DNA of 64,000 nucleotides from positions 1 through 64,000 of the IMG/VR virus record IMGVR_UViG_3300034073_002641, one strand, 5' to 3'. Made by a program: the position numbers and the translations under genes. Within the stretch, counting starts at the first letter, position 1. Every line of letters starts with the position of its first letter. The stretch is from an uncultured virus (IMG/VR IMGVR_UViG_3300034073_002641). Taxonomy: Duplodnaviria; Heunggongvirae; Uroviricota; Caudoviricetes. The notes below the pieces were generated by a model. The model ran no database searches and was not told the DNA's origin. It saw only the letters and a list, made by a program, of their open reading frames with translations. Positions 48,838 to 57,429 of the stretch are shown one piece after another.

Positions 48838-49437
48838 ATGATAAACAACCTGGACATAATCAAACCATTACTAAACTTCACAGAAGAGGGTGATTTCTAT
48901 ATGTTATATATTCTTAAAAGAAAGAAGGATCAACCAAAAGAGGAGAGAGATAATCACCAGTCATCCAGAACCATTAAAACGTATTGTATTGATAGCCTGG
49001 ATTATCTTGATAGCAAATATGAAGAGATTATGCAGTTATCAGAACTCTTCAAAGCAAGAACCTACATTCACATTCAAAAACAGAACCATAAAGATGTGGC
49101 CTTGGATATGATGATGCTTTTGGCTGAAAGAATCAAAAATGGACAACATAATCAGAAAAATTTATTTGAGAGTGTTGTTGGGAAGGTAAAAAGAATGGAG
49201 AATAGATGGATTGTTGATATTGATGATAAAGATGAAAAAGAATTAGCAAAGACTATTGCTATACTTGATGAAACTAGACCAGGGGGTAATAAGGTTGAAG
49301 CAGTAATCCCAACTAAAAGTGGTTATCATTTAATCACAAAAAGATTTGATGTTGATATGTTTAGGAAATCATATCCCCAGGTTGACATTCAGAAACGTAA
49401 TCCAACTTTGTTGTATTTTCCTAATAGTTTAGATTAA
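48838..49437 (+). CDS. hypothetical protein, possible AEP/primase-like fold
   Basis: IVDID and TKSGYH motifs. Confidence 0.5.
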   Translation: MINNLDIIKPLLNFTEEGDFYMLYILKRKKDQPKEERDNHQSSRTIKTYCIDSLDYLDSKYEEIMQLSELFKARTYIHIQKQNHKDVALDMMMLLAERIKNGQHNQKNLFESVVGKVKRMENRWIVDIDDKDEKELAKTIAILDETRPGGNKVEAVIPTKSGYHLITKRFDVDMFRKSYPQVDIQKRNPTLLYFPNSLD

Positions 49438-49520
49438 ATAATTGAAAAAAAAATAATCATTACATTTGGACTTCTGCAAACTTTAGTTTATCTTTGTGAG
49501 GTAATCAAACCAAAAGAACA

Positions 49521-50018
49521 ATGGAAAGAATTAAGTTAAAAAATGTGAAATATTCTGCAAAGTTTTCAGAAGAAACTTATGCATTCCAAGCAGATATTTT
49601 TTTTGATAACAAAAAAATTGGATATTGTATAAATAGGGGAACTGGTGGGAGTACTGATTGCAACCTTTGGGATGGTGAAGCCAAAACCAAAGAGGCTTTC
49701 AAAAAGATGGAAGAATATTGTGATAGCCTAGGCATAGAAGGTTATGGTAATAAATTGGAGTGGGTTGTTGATGATTTGTTCCAAAATTGGTTAACAAATC
49801 AAGCAATAAAGAAAGATGAAAAGAAGGGAATTCTTTATGGAGATACAACAAAATATACCATACAGACTTTTGTTAATGCTGGAAGTGGCAAGAGACTTTC
49901 AATGGTTGATTTAATAAAGAATGAAGAGGCTATTAAAATGTTGAGAACTTTTTGTTCAAAAGTTAAAAAAGAAGGTCATACTGTGTTGAACACAAACTTA
50001 CCTTTTAATGTTTATTAA
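49521..50018 (+). CDS. hypothetical protein (SEET..F.A...N.G.GG)
   Basis: ORF after promoter 49465-49496. Confidence 0.6.
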   Translation: MERIKLKNVKYSAKFSEETYAFQADIFFDNKKIGYCINRGTGGSTDCNLWDGEAKTKEAFKKMEEYCDSLGIEGYGNKLEWVVDDLFQNWLTNQAIKKDEKKGILYGDTTKYTIQTFVNAGSGKRLSMVDLIKNEEAIKMLRTFCSKVKKEGHTVLNTNLPFNVY

Positions 50019-50032
50019 ATAAAAAGAAGATT

Positions 50033-50434
50033 ATGGCAAAGGAACTTTTCTTATTAAGAGGACTACCTGGTTCAGGTAAATCAACATTGGCAGCCCAGTT
50101 GGGTGGATCATTGGTTGAAGCAGATAGATACTTTATGCAGTATGGTGAATATAAATTTGATGCATCAAAATTGAAAGAGGCTCATGCTTGGTGCAGAGAA
50201 GAAGTTAGAAAGTGGATGGAGGTGGATAATTCTGGGTATAATGTTGATAGAATTGTTGTATCTAACACATTCACCCAAGAGTGGGAAATGAAGCCCTACT
50301 ATGAGTTAGCAGAAAAATATGGGTATAGAGTTTATTCCATAGTTGTTGAGAATAGGCATGGGGGGAAGAATGTTCACAATGTGCCAGACGAGGCAATTGA
50401 TAAAATGCGGAAAAGGTTCGAGATAAAATTGTAA
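50033..50434 (+). CDS. P-loop kinase, AAA_33/polynucleotide kinase-like
   Basis: RGLPGSGKST, EAD.YF, VSNT, H.VP. Confidence 0.85.
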   Translation: MAKELFLLRGLPGSGKSTLAAQLGGSLVEADRYFMQYGEYKFDASKLKEAHAWCREEVRKWMEVDNSGYNVDRIVVSNTFTQEWEMKPYYELAEKYGYRVYSIVVENRHGGKNVHNVPDEAIDKMRKRFEIKL

Positions 50435-50438
50435 TATT

Positions 50439-50510
50439 GCCAATATAGTTCAACGGTAGAACACGTCTTTTGTAAAGATGGGGTTGGGGGTTCAAATCCC
50501 TCTATTGGCT
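50439..50510 (+). tRNA. tRNA-Thr(UGU)
   Basis: Cloverleaf; CGTCT-TTTGTAA-AGATG. Confidence 0.9.
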
Positions 50511-50527
50511 CAAACAAATTTAAACTA

Positions 50528-50610
50528 GGGGGTACGCCAGAGTGGGAGAGCTGGGTTTGACTGTAAATCAAATGATTATGTCTGAATAGGTTCAAATCCT
50601 ATTACCCTCA
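50528..50610 (+). tRNA. tRNA-Tyr(GUA)
   Basis: Cloverleaf; TTTGA-CTGTAAA-TCAAA; long variable region. Confidence 0.85.
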
Positions 50611-50780
50611 CTAACTAAAATCAAAAAAATGAAAAGATTTTTAAAAGAACTACATCAAGTAATGGTTGAAGGGTGTTATCCATTAGACCCAATGATTGTT
50701 TATATATTTGGTGTGATTGCATTACTAGGGGCATTAATTCAAATACTATCCTAATTACTAAACAAAAAAAAGCAACAAAT

Positions 50781-51125
50781 ATGTCTGGAGGATTTTTTGA
50801 CTATGACCAATCTAAGATAAAGAATATGATTGATTCTATTGAAGATTTGATTGCAAATAATGGTAGAGTTAAAACAGAACAAGAAATTATAGATGGTGCT
50901 TGGGGTGCTTTTGATGATGATTATTTCAATAAGTATCCAGAAGATATGTTCTGGCATAAATATCCAGATGAAGTTATTGAAGAATTTAAAAAAGGAATAA
51001 CTCATTTACAGATTGCATATATTTATGCACAAAGGATTGATTGGTTGGTATCTGGTGATGATGGTGAGGAATCATTTATTAGAAGATTAAATGAAGATTT
51101 AAGTAAATTAAAAACAGAACTATGA
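50781..51125 (+). CDS. hypothetical protein (MSGG.FDY...WL.SGD.GE)
   Basis: Start taken at MSGG. Confidence 0.6.
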   Translation: MSGGFFDYDQSKIKNMIDSIEDLIANNGRVKTEQEIIDGAWGAFDDDYFNKYPEDMFWHKYPDEVIEEFKKGITHLQIAYIYAQRIDWLVSGDDGEESFIRRLNEDLSKLKTEL

Positions 51126-51373
51126 TAGAATTTGCATTAGGTGCAATTGTCACCACAATTATCGTAACATTATTTTGGTCATTTACTGGTGTTATTTATC
51201 TTAAAGCCAAAGTGAACGCAATCACAGATGAATTAAAAGACAAACAACATGCTAATTCAAACTTCCACAGGGATATTTATAATATCATAGATGAGGTTGA
51301 GAATAGATTTGACAGAAGGCTTGTAGAGTTTGAAAACAAACTTACAGAATTGGATGGCAAAAAATCCAAGTGA
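51122..51373 (+). CDS. membrane-anchored coiled-coil protein
   Basis: N-terminal transmembrane segment. Confidence 0.55.
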   Translation: MIEFALGAIVTTIIVTLFWSFTGVIYLKAKVNAITDELKDKQHANSNFHRDIYNIIDEVENRFDRRLVEFENKLTELDGKKSK

Positions 51374-51380
51374 TTTTAAA

Positions 51381-51512
51381 GTAGGTGTGGTGTAATTGGT
51401 ATCATGTATGGTATCATGTATGGTTTGAATCTTCCACCTACGCAAAAGATAAAAGTATCATGGTTGGTATCATGGTCGGTATCATGTGCGGTGTTTGAAT
51501 CCCACACTTTCT
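51381..51512 (+). repeat. degenerate tRNA-like region with five GTATCATG repeats
   Basis: GTAGGTG/CACCTAC stem, D-like TGGTGTAATTGG, two TTTGAATC; repeats at 12-nt period. Confidence 0.5.
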
Positions 51513-51537
51513 GTTTTACTTTTAAAAAAAAACAATC

Positions 51538-52326
51538 ATGTCAAAAATAAATTTAGACAAATATTATACACCAAAAGAACTTGCAAAATATTGTATTGAT
51601 GTTGTAAATAATCTAGGATTTGAAATAACTGAAACAATTGAACCAGCTGCTGGTGGAGGTAGTTTTAGTTTACAGATACCCAATTGCATTGCTTATGATT
51701 TAGAGCCTGAACATAAAAGTATTATTAAACAAGATTTTCTAAAACTTGAACTACCTTATAAGAAAGGTAGGTTGTTTATTGGAAACCCCCCATTTGGGAC
51801 AAGGAATACTTTGAGTGTTGCTTTTTATAAACAAGCAGCTAAAATGGGTGATTATATTGCTTTTATATTACCTGTTAGTCAATATAACAATAATCAACAA
51901 ATGTATGAGTTTGATTTAATCCATTCAGAAGTGTTGCCTTTAATTAAATATAGTGGTATTGAATTATTATGTTGTTTTAATGTGTACCAAAGGCCTAAAA
52001 ATGGGATTAACAAAAAAGCAATAGATTACAAGTTAAATGATGTATTTGTTGGTGAATATAGAAGAGGTGGAACATATAAAAAACCTGAAACTTTTGATTT
52101 TGCTATGAATACATATGGGGCAAGTATTGGAAAAGAAGTGAAGGAAATAGGAACATTTTGTCAGGAAAATTATGTGATTATAAACAATAAAACATACCAA
52201 GAAAGAGTTTTAGATGTGATGAAAAAGACAGACTGGAAGAATTTATATCCATTTATTTCTTCACCTAAAATTCAAACTTGGAAGATTTATAAGTATTTAA
52301 AAGAACAAATACCTGAATTGAATTAG
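51538..52326 (+). CDS. N6-adenine (or N4-cytosine) DNA methyltransferase
   Basis: YYTP, IEPAAG.G.F, QDFL, GNPPF. Confidence 0.8.
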   Translation: MSKINLDKYYTPKELAKYCIDVVNNLGFEITETIEPAAGGGSFSLQIPNCIAYDLEPEHKSIIKQDFLKLELPYKKGRLFIGNPPFGTRNTLSVAFYKQAAKMGDYIAFILPVSQYNNNQQMYEFDLIHSEVLPLIKYSGIELLCCFNVYQRPKNGINKKAIDYKLNDVFVGEYRRGGTYKKPETFDFAMNTYGASIGKEVKEIGTFCQENYVIINNKTYQERVLDVMKKTDWKNLYPFISSPKIQTWKIYKYLKEQIPELN

Positions 52327-52338
52327 GAAAATACAAAA

Positions 52339-52414
52339 GGTCAAGTACCCACACAGCGGTGAGATGGGCTAAGTTAGATACAATTCCTCGGGGCTGGGAG
52401 TAGAATGCTTGATT
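52339..52414 (+). ncRNA. putative small multi-stem RNA
   Basis: GGTCAAGTA/TGCTTGATT closing stem plus internal hairpins. Confidence 0.4.
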
Positions 52415-52420
52415 GATTTT

Positions 52421-52491
52421 GGTCTTATTGTGTAATGACAGCACACAGCACTACGGATGCTGAAGTTGGGGTTCAAATCCCTATAAGACCA
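52421..52491 (+). tRNA. tRNA-Arg(ACG)
   Basis: Cloverleaf; CAGCA-CTACGGA-TGCTG. Confidence 0.85.
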
Positions 52492-52493
52492 CT

Positions 52494-52572
52494 GTGTTTG
52501 GAACCCGTATTGGCCTTTGGGGTATGATTGTGACTCATATTAAATGTGGGTTCGAATCCCATCAAACACCCA
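52494..52572 (+). tRNA. tRNA-His(GUG)
   Basis: TATGA-TTGTGAC-TCATA; G-1:C73 pair; encoded CCA. Confidence 0.8.
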
Positions 52573-52577
52573 ATTAT

Positions 52578-52647
52578 GGTTAGTTTGGTCATGGAGACCA
52601 GTGAGACTGCAAATCTCATAGAGTTAGTACAATTCTAACACTAACCT
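52578..52647 (+). tRNA. tRNA-Cys(GCA), atypical T-loop and short D-loop
   Basis: TGAGA-CTGCAAA-TCTCA; U73; T-loop TACAATT. Confidence 0.75.
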
Positions 52648-52657
52648 CAAAAGATGA

Positions 52658-52850
52658 AAATAAGTGATGACTCTGGTGAAACCCCAGGGTATATGTAAGG
52701 TTTAACTTGCTTGATTCGCGATATATTAGCAAGTGACCGAGAGTTTGATATAACTATGGGCTACTGTGGCCAATTTGGTAGCAACTAGGAAAATCCAACC
52801 ATCCAGGTAAAACTGGATCATGATGTTCAACGGGGACAAAAAACTTATTT
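52658..52850 (+). ncRNA. putative ~190-nt multi-hairpin RNA inside the tRNA operon
   Basis: AAATAAGT/ACTTATTT closing stem and four internal hairpins. Confidence 0.45.
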
Positions 52851-52860
52851 CTTTTTAAAT

Positions 52861-52931
52861 TGCCACATGGTGTAAAGGTAGCACCACAGATTTTGATTCT
52901 GTTAGTATTGGTTCAAATCCAGTTGTGGTAA
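52861..52931 (+). tRNA. tRNA-Gln(UUG)
   Basis: Cloverleaf; ACAGA-TTTTGAT-TCTGT. Confidence 0.9.
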
Positions 52932-52942
52932 CAATTTTTAAT

Positions 52943-53016
52943 AATCCTGTAGCTTAGTGGTTTAAAGCACCTAACTTTTAATTAGGGGATCGTTGGTTCA
53001 AATCCAACCAGGATTA
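52943..53016 (+). tRNA. tRNA-Lys(UUU)
   Basis: Cloverleaf; CCTAA-CTTTTAA-TTAGG. Confidence 0.9.
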
Positions 53017-53030
53017 CAAACAAAACAACT

Positions 53031-53948
53031 ATGAATGTATTAAGTTTATTTGATGGAATGAGTTGCGGGCAGATTGCCTTAAATCGTGTTGGTGTTGAAT
53101 ATGATAAATATTTTGCATCAGAGATTGAAAAGAATTCAATAAAGGTTACACAACATAACTTCCCAAACACAATCCAGTTGGGAGATGTATCAAAGATTAA
53201 GGCAAGTGATTTACCCCAAATTGATTTGATAATGGGGGGTTCACCTTGTCAATCTTTTTCATTTGCTGGAAAGATGAAAGGTATGTCAACAAAGGATCAG
53301 AGGGATATATTATCATTGGATTCATATCTTGAATTAAAAGAGCAAGGATATGAGTTTGAGGGTGAATCCTATTTGTTTTGGGAATATGTTAGATTATTGA
53401 AGGAATTAAAACCCAAATATTTTCTTCTTGAAAATGTTATGATGAAAGATTATTGGAAAAAAATCATAAGTGACACATTGGGAGTTGAGCCTGTGATGAT
53501 AAATTCAAACCTTGTTTCAGCCCAGGATAGGAAGAGATTATATTGGACAAATATTGGTCAAATAAGCCAACCAGATGACCTAGGATTGTGCTTGAAGGAT
53601 ATTATGGAGGATAAGGTGGATGAAAAATATAACATCACAGAGAGGTTCTATAAGAAGAAAGAGGGGACATTATCATATAAGAAATCTAGGGGCAATATTA
53701 GACCACCAGAAAGGAAGTCAAAGACATTGACAACATCTGGGCATGGGATATCAAATTCAGGATCAACAAACATAAAGTTTTCTGATGATTATTTGAGAAT
53801 ACCAACACCTTTGGAATGTGAGAGGTTGCAAACTGTTCCGGATAACTATACAAATGTTGGTTTATTGGATTCACATAGATACAAAATGTTGGGCAATGGT
53901 TGGACAGTGGATGTGATTGCACATATTTTCCAAAGTTTGAAAAAGTAA
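53031..53948 (+). CDS. C5-cytosine DNA methyltransferase
   Basis: LFDG, GSPCQ.FS, ENV, Q.R.R, ERLQ, GNGW. Confidence 0.92.
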   Translation: MNVLSLFDGMSCGQIALNRVGVEYDKYFASEIEKNSIKVTQHNFPNTIQLGDVSKIKASDLPQIDLIMGGSPCQSFSFAGKMKGMSTKDQRDILSLDSYLELKEQGYEFEGESYLFWEYVRLLKELKPKYFLLENVMMKDYWKKIISDTLGVEPVMINSNLVSAQDRKRLYWTNIGQISQPDDLGLCLKDIMEDKVDEKYNITERFYKKKEGTLSYKKSRGNIRPPERKSKTLTTSGHGISNSGSTNIKFSDDYLRIPTPLECERLQTVPDNYTNVGLLDSHRYKMLGNGWTVDVIAHIFQSLKK

Positions 53949-53984
53949 TGATTATTATATTTATATAATAAAAATATTTAGATA

Positions 53985-54323
53985 ATGGAAAAAGAACAAT
54001 TTAAAAAAATATTTGTATTCCTTGAAGAAAAGGAAAAACAAAAAGCACCATTAAAATGGAAATTAATAAATAATGAACCATTAAGAAAAGAAAATTTGGA
54101 TATTGAAATTACAGGATCAGATAAATTTTATGTCAATTATCAAATTACTATTGATGGTAAATTAATTGAAATTGAAGGTATTTTAAATCAATTTGGCACT
54201 GGTAGGAGCGAAGAACACGAATTTGAACCTACTTATTTTATGGATGATGAAACAGAACAATATTATAATAATAATTGGGAAAAAGTTGAAGATGAAATTT
54301 TAAATAAATTTTATAATGATTAG
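53985..54323 (+). CDS. chimeric protein: LRR-family N-cap fused to an unrelated acidic domain
   Basis: MEKEQFKKIFVFLEEKEKQKAPLKWKLINNEPLRKENLDI, then no repeats. Confidence 0.7.
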   Translation: MEKEQFKKIFVFLEEKEKQKAPLKWKLINNEPLRKENLDIEITGSDKFYVNYQITIDGKLIEIEGILNQFGTGRSEEHEFEPTYFMDDETEQYYNNNWEKVEDEILNKFYND

Positions 54324-54341
54324 ATTAAATATTAATAAAAT

Positions 54342-54875
54342 ATGAAATTAAGAAAACTTATAGAAGCCACTATAAAAGACTTTGTGAATGAGAATGAGGA
54401 GAATGTTAATAAAATATTAGATAAGGTTAGTCAGAATGGGAAAGAAAGCCTAACCCCTGATGAAAAGACATATTTAGAACAATATAGTGATGGTGACATT
54501 AATCCAGATTTAGAAGAATGGTTGTTTAGTGATGACAACAATACATTTGATGTAAATGGCAATAAGTTATTATTTGATGAATTTGAAGAGGATGAAGATA
54601 TTTTTCAGAACACATCCAAATTAAAGAGAGTTATTAGCAATCATTTAGATAAAAAACCATTCACAAATAATGCAGATTGGGGTGGGGGTTATGTCTGGAA
54701 TCTCAAAAAAGATGATGATTTCACTGGGACATTCTTATACCTAGGTGATGATGAGTTAGTTGTTATTAAAAGAAGATTGGTTGGTGATGAATATAATGAT
54801 GAAGAATTAAAATATATCACAAACAGTAGAGAATTGTATAAATTTTTATTATCTTTGCTTCGTAACAAAAAATAA
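54342..54875 (+). CDS. VNE-leader protein with DUF6576-like segment
   Basis: MKLRKLIEATIKDFVNE; ILDKVS..G.ESLT..EK. Confidence 0.6.
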   Translation: MKLRKLIEATIKDFVNENEENVNKILDKVSQNGKESLTPDEKTYLEQYSDGDINPDLEEWLFSDDNNTFDVNGNKLLFDEFEEDEDIFQNTSKLKRVISNHLDKKPFTNNADWGGGYVWNLKKDDDFTGTFLYLGDDELVVIKRRLVGDEYNDEELKYITNSRELYKFLLSLLRNKK

Positions 54876-54880
54876 TACCC

Positions 54881-55354
54881 ATGAATGATTTGAGAGATTC
54901 CATTAAGACTACAATAAAGGGTTATTTAAATGAACAAACTAATTGTTTACCAGAAGGTTCTTTTGCTGATGCATTAAGGAGAGACTTAATAGACCAGTAT
55001 TTAAAGAATATTTCTGATGAAGATATTAAAGAAGAATTATCTGATGAACCAGATTATGATTTATTGTTAGAACCTGATCACTATGATGGTTATGAACATC
55101 AAACATATATCCAGTATATTAATGATAATACTTTTAAATACTATGAGGGGTTTTCTAGTTTATGTTGGAAGGGCTTTAAAAAGCAAACACAATATAAAGG
55201 CAAAACTGAAGAAGAAATTATCAAAGATTTTGTGAATAAAAGAGCAAAAAATTTAGGATTAGAATTTGGTTATAAGTTAATTGATAGTGATTATTACATT
55301 CATAGGTCATGGGATTATGAAGATTATATTTTGATATTAACATATAAAAAGTAA
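54881..55354 (+). CDS. LNE-leader hypothetical protein
   Basis: MNDLRDSIKTTIKGYLNE. Confidence 0.6.
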   Translation: MNDLRDSIKTTIKGYLNEQTNCLPEGSFADALRRDLIDQYLKNISDEDIKEELSDEPDYDLLLEPDHYDGYEHQTYIQYINDNTFKYYEGFSSLCWKGFKKQTQYKGKTEEEIIKDFVNKRAKNLGLEFGYKLIDSDYYIHRSWDYEDYILILTYKK

Positions 55355-55360
55355 TAACAA

Positions 55361-55621
55361 ATGACTTTAGATAAGTTCAAGATTATAATGGATAACTTTA
55401 AGAAATTCCATTCAGAGAAAGAGGATCAACCTGCAATATGGGATGTGTTCTTTAAATCGTTTGAAGAAACCATATTGAAAGAGTATGGAAACATTGGCTG
55501 GGAGTGGATTCATTTCTATATTTTTGACATAGATTTTGGAACAAAAGAAACAAACGTGGAAATTCCCAGGACAATTGAGGGATTACATTCTTTCCTAGAA
55601 GATTATTATAAAATAAAATGA
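55361..55621 (+). CDS. hypothetical protein
   Basis: 86-aa ORF. Confidence 0.55.
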   Translation: MTLDKFKIIMDNFKKFHSEKEDQPAIWDVFFKSFEETILKEYGNIGWEWIHFYIFDIDFGTKETNVEIPRTIEGLHSFLEDYYKIK

Positions 55622-55690
55622 AAAACTTATTCATAGTGTTTGTTTATTCAAGATTAAAGATTATCTTTGCATTAACAAAAAACAAACACA

Positions 55691-55951
55691 ATGGAAATCA
55701 CCACAAAAGTAATAAAGTCAGGTACTTGGTTTCAAGTGCAAATCATTCAAATTGAAGAAGTTAGTTCAATGGTTTTTTCTGGTCCAGATAAGGGCATTGA
55801 AAAAAAAGAAATGCGCGATACTGTTATCTTAACATTTGGCAAGTTGTTTGAAACTAGCACAGATGCTGAAACTTTTTCAAAAACAAAATTGGTTTTATCT
55901 ACAATAAAATTAATTCAAAAGTGGGGGTTTTTAATTAAAATATGGTTTTGA
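55691..55951 (+). CDS. hypothetical protein
   Basis: ORF after promoter 55639-55669. Confidence 0.5.
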   Translation: MEITTKVIKSGTWFQVQIIQIEEVSSMVFSGPDKGIEKKEMRDTVILTFGKLFETSTDAETFSKTKLVLSTIKLIQKWGFLIKIWF

Positions 55952-55998
55952 ATTGTGAAAAAAATATATTACATTTGTTAAAACTTAAAAATAGAAAG

Positions 55999-56958
55999 AT
56001 GCAAAAAATTGAGAGTCTAACCCCAGAACAGGAAGCTAAGCTAGACATCCACAGAGATGCCTGGCTGAGCAAAATATTCAACTATGAGTTTTATAAAAAC
56101 CATAATGTTGAAAAGACAGAGATAGCTATGAAAAAGTTATACAAATTTTGTGGCCTTGAAGAACCAAGAGTGGTTCTATTAGATAGCCCAATGGCCTGTC
56201 AATTAGAAATTAACAGGTTAAAGGGTAATACAGGTGATAACATTGAATATGAACCATTCTCTGTATATATCAATGCAGAAGATATTCCTTGGTTGTCATT
56301 CTATGGCTACTTTATGGACAACTTTGACTTCCTTGATGAATACAGAGAGGATTTTAATCTAATCCTAGAGTGTGTTGAAAACTCTTATGCTCAAATCCAA
56401 ATGGATGAGGTTTGCTTGGTATCAAAATACCCAAAAAAGATTGCAAGAAATGAAAACAATGACTTGCATTGCACAACAGGGTATGCTATTGAGTTTGCTG
56501 ATGGGTATGGTCAGCACTATGTGAATGGCAGGTTTATTGAGGAGGAGATATTCAAGGATTGTGATGCATTAATTAATGCAAAGATACGTTTCCACAATGA
56601 GAGTAATGAGGATATTAAAGCAGCCATCATCACTATTATAAAAGAGAATTTTGGAAACGAGGGATTATTGGAAATGCTAGATGCAATTACTGTTGATGAG
56701 AAAAATGTGACCCACAAAAATGGTTATGCTGAAACTATAAGGATATACAAAACAAAAAGCACATATCCTTTCTTACAGAACAGCAAAGGTGAGTTTGACC
56801 AACCTTATGCCTGGATTGAGTTCACTTGTCCTAGCACTAAATCTGTGTATCTAATTGATACATGTCCAACATTCACTGATGCTATTGAGTGTGCCAAATG
56901 GCATAGACCAAGTAATGTTCCTGGTTCTGTTGATTACACGTGGTATTCTGCCAACTAA
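55999..56958 (+). CDS. DUF6745-like protein
   Basis: LTPEQE, Y...GL..P...DSP, WL.FY.YF, LH...G.A..F.DG, CPST...Y. Confidence 0.65.
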   Translation: MQKIESLTPEQEAKLDIHRDAWLSKIFNYEFYKNHNVEKTEIAMKKLYKFCGLEEPRVVLLDSPMACQLEINRLKGNTGDNIEYEPFSVYINAEDIPWLSFYGYFMDNFDFLDEYREDFNLILECVENSYAQIQMDEVCLVSKYPKKIARNENNDLHCTTGYAIEFADGYGQHYVNGRFIEEEIFKDCDALINAKIRFHNESNEDIKAAIITIIKENFGNEGLLEMLDAITVDEKNVTHKNGYAETIRIYKTKSTYPFLQNSKGEFDQPYAWIEFTCPSTKSVYLIDTCPTFTDAIECAKWHRPSNVPGSVDYTWYSAN

Positions 56959-56983
56959 ATTTTAAACTTAAAATAACAAAAAA

Positions 56984-57370
56984 ATGAGTAAATTAAATTT
57001 TTCCAACATTTCTTTCCACCAAGGTGATGTCCAGTTCTTTGGATTAACTGAACTCCCTAGTGATGTTAAAAAGGTGCAAAAGCAATTTATTGCTGCATCA
57101 GAAAGGTCAGGTAGTTTCCATGCCTTATTTGGTAACTATGACATTTATGAATACCCAGATGGGGGATTTCTTATTGAGGCTCATGATGAGTGTATTCTAA
57201 ACCACTCATTACAGTCAGAACTATTAGGATCTGGTGTTTCTATGGATACGGCTGTTATTACGCCTAAAAAAGACCACAGACACACTATTGTTCCACCAGG
57301 CAAATACTATGCTGGAATCCAGACAAGGTTTGATCCTTTGGAGAATATGAAGAAAAGGGTTATTGACTAA
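56984..57370 (+). CDS. HQGDV-type protein, usual partner of DUF6745-like genes
   Basis: HQGDV, E.SG..H, H....H..I..P.G.Y...Q..F.P. Confidence 0.65.
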   Translation: MSKLNFSNISFHQGDVQFFGLTELPSDVKKVQKQFIAASERSGSFHALFGNYDIYEYPDGGFLIEAHDECILNHSLQSELLGSGVSMDTAVITPKKDHRHTIVPPGKYYAGIQTRFDPLENMKKRVID

Positions 57371-57375
57371 TAACA

Positions 57376-57411
57376 AAGAAGGCTACTTGGAGATTTTTAA
57401 GTAGCCTTCTT
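57376..57411 (+). terminator. hairpin terminator
   Basis: AAGAAGGCTACTT...AAGTAGCCTTCTT. Confidence 0.7.
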
Positions 57412-57429
57412 ACTTTAAAATACAAAAGT

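Noticed and set aside
52664..52700. Hammerhead ribozyme (GTGATGA...GAAAC)
   Set aside because: The core lacks CUGAUGA, and stem II does not form between the two motifs.
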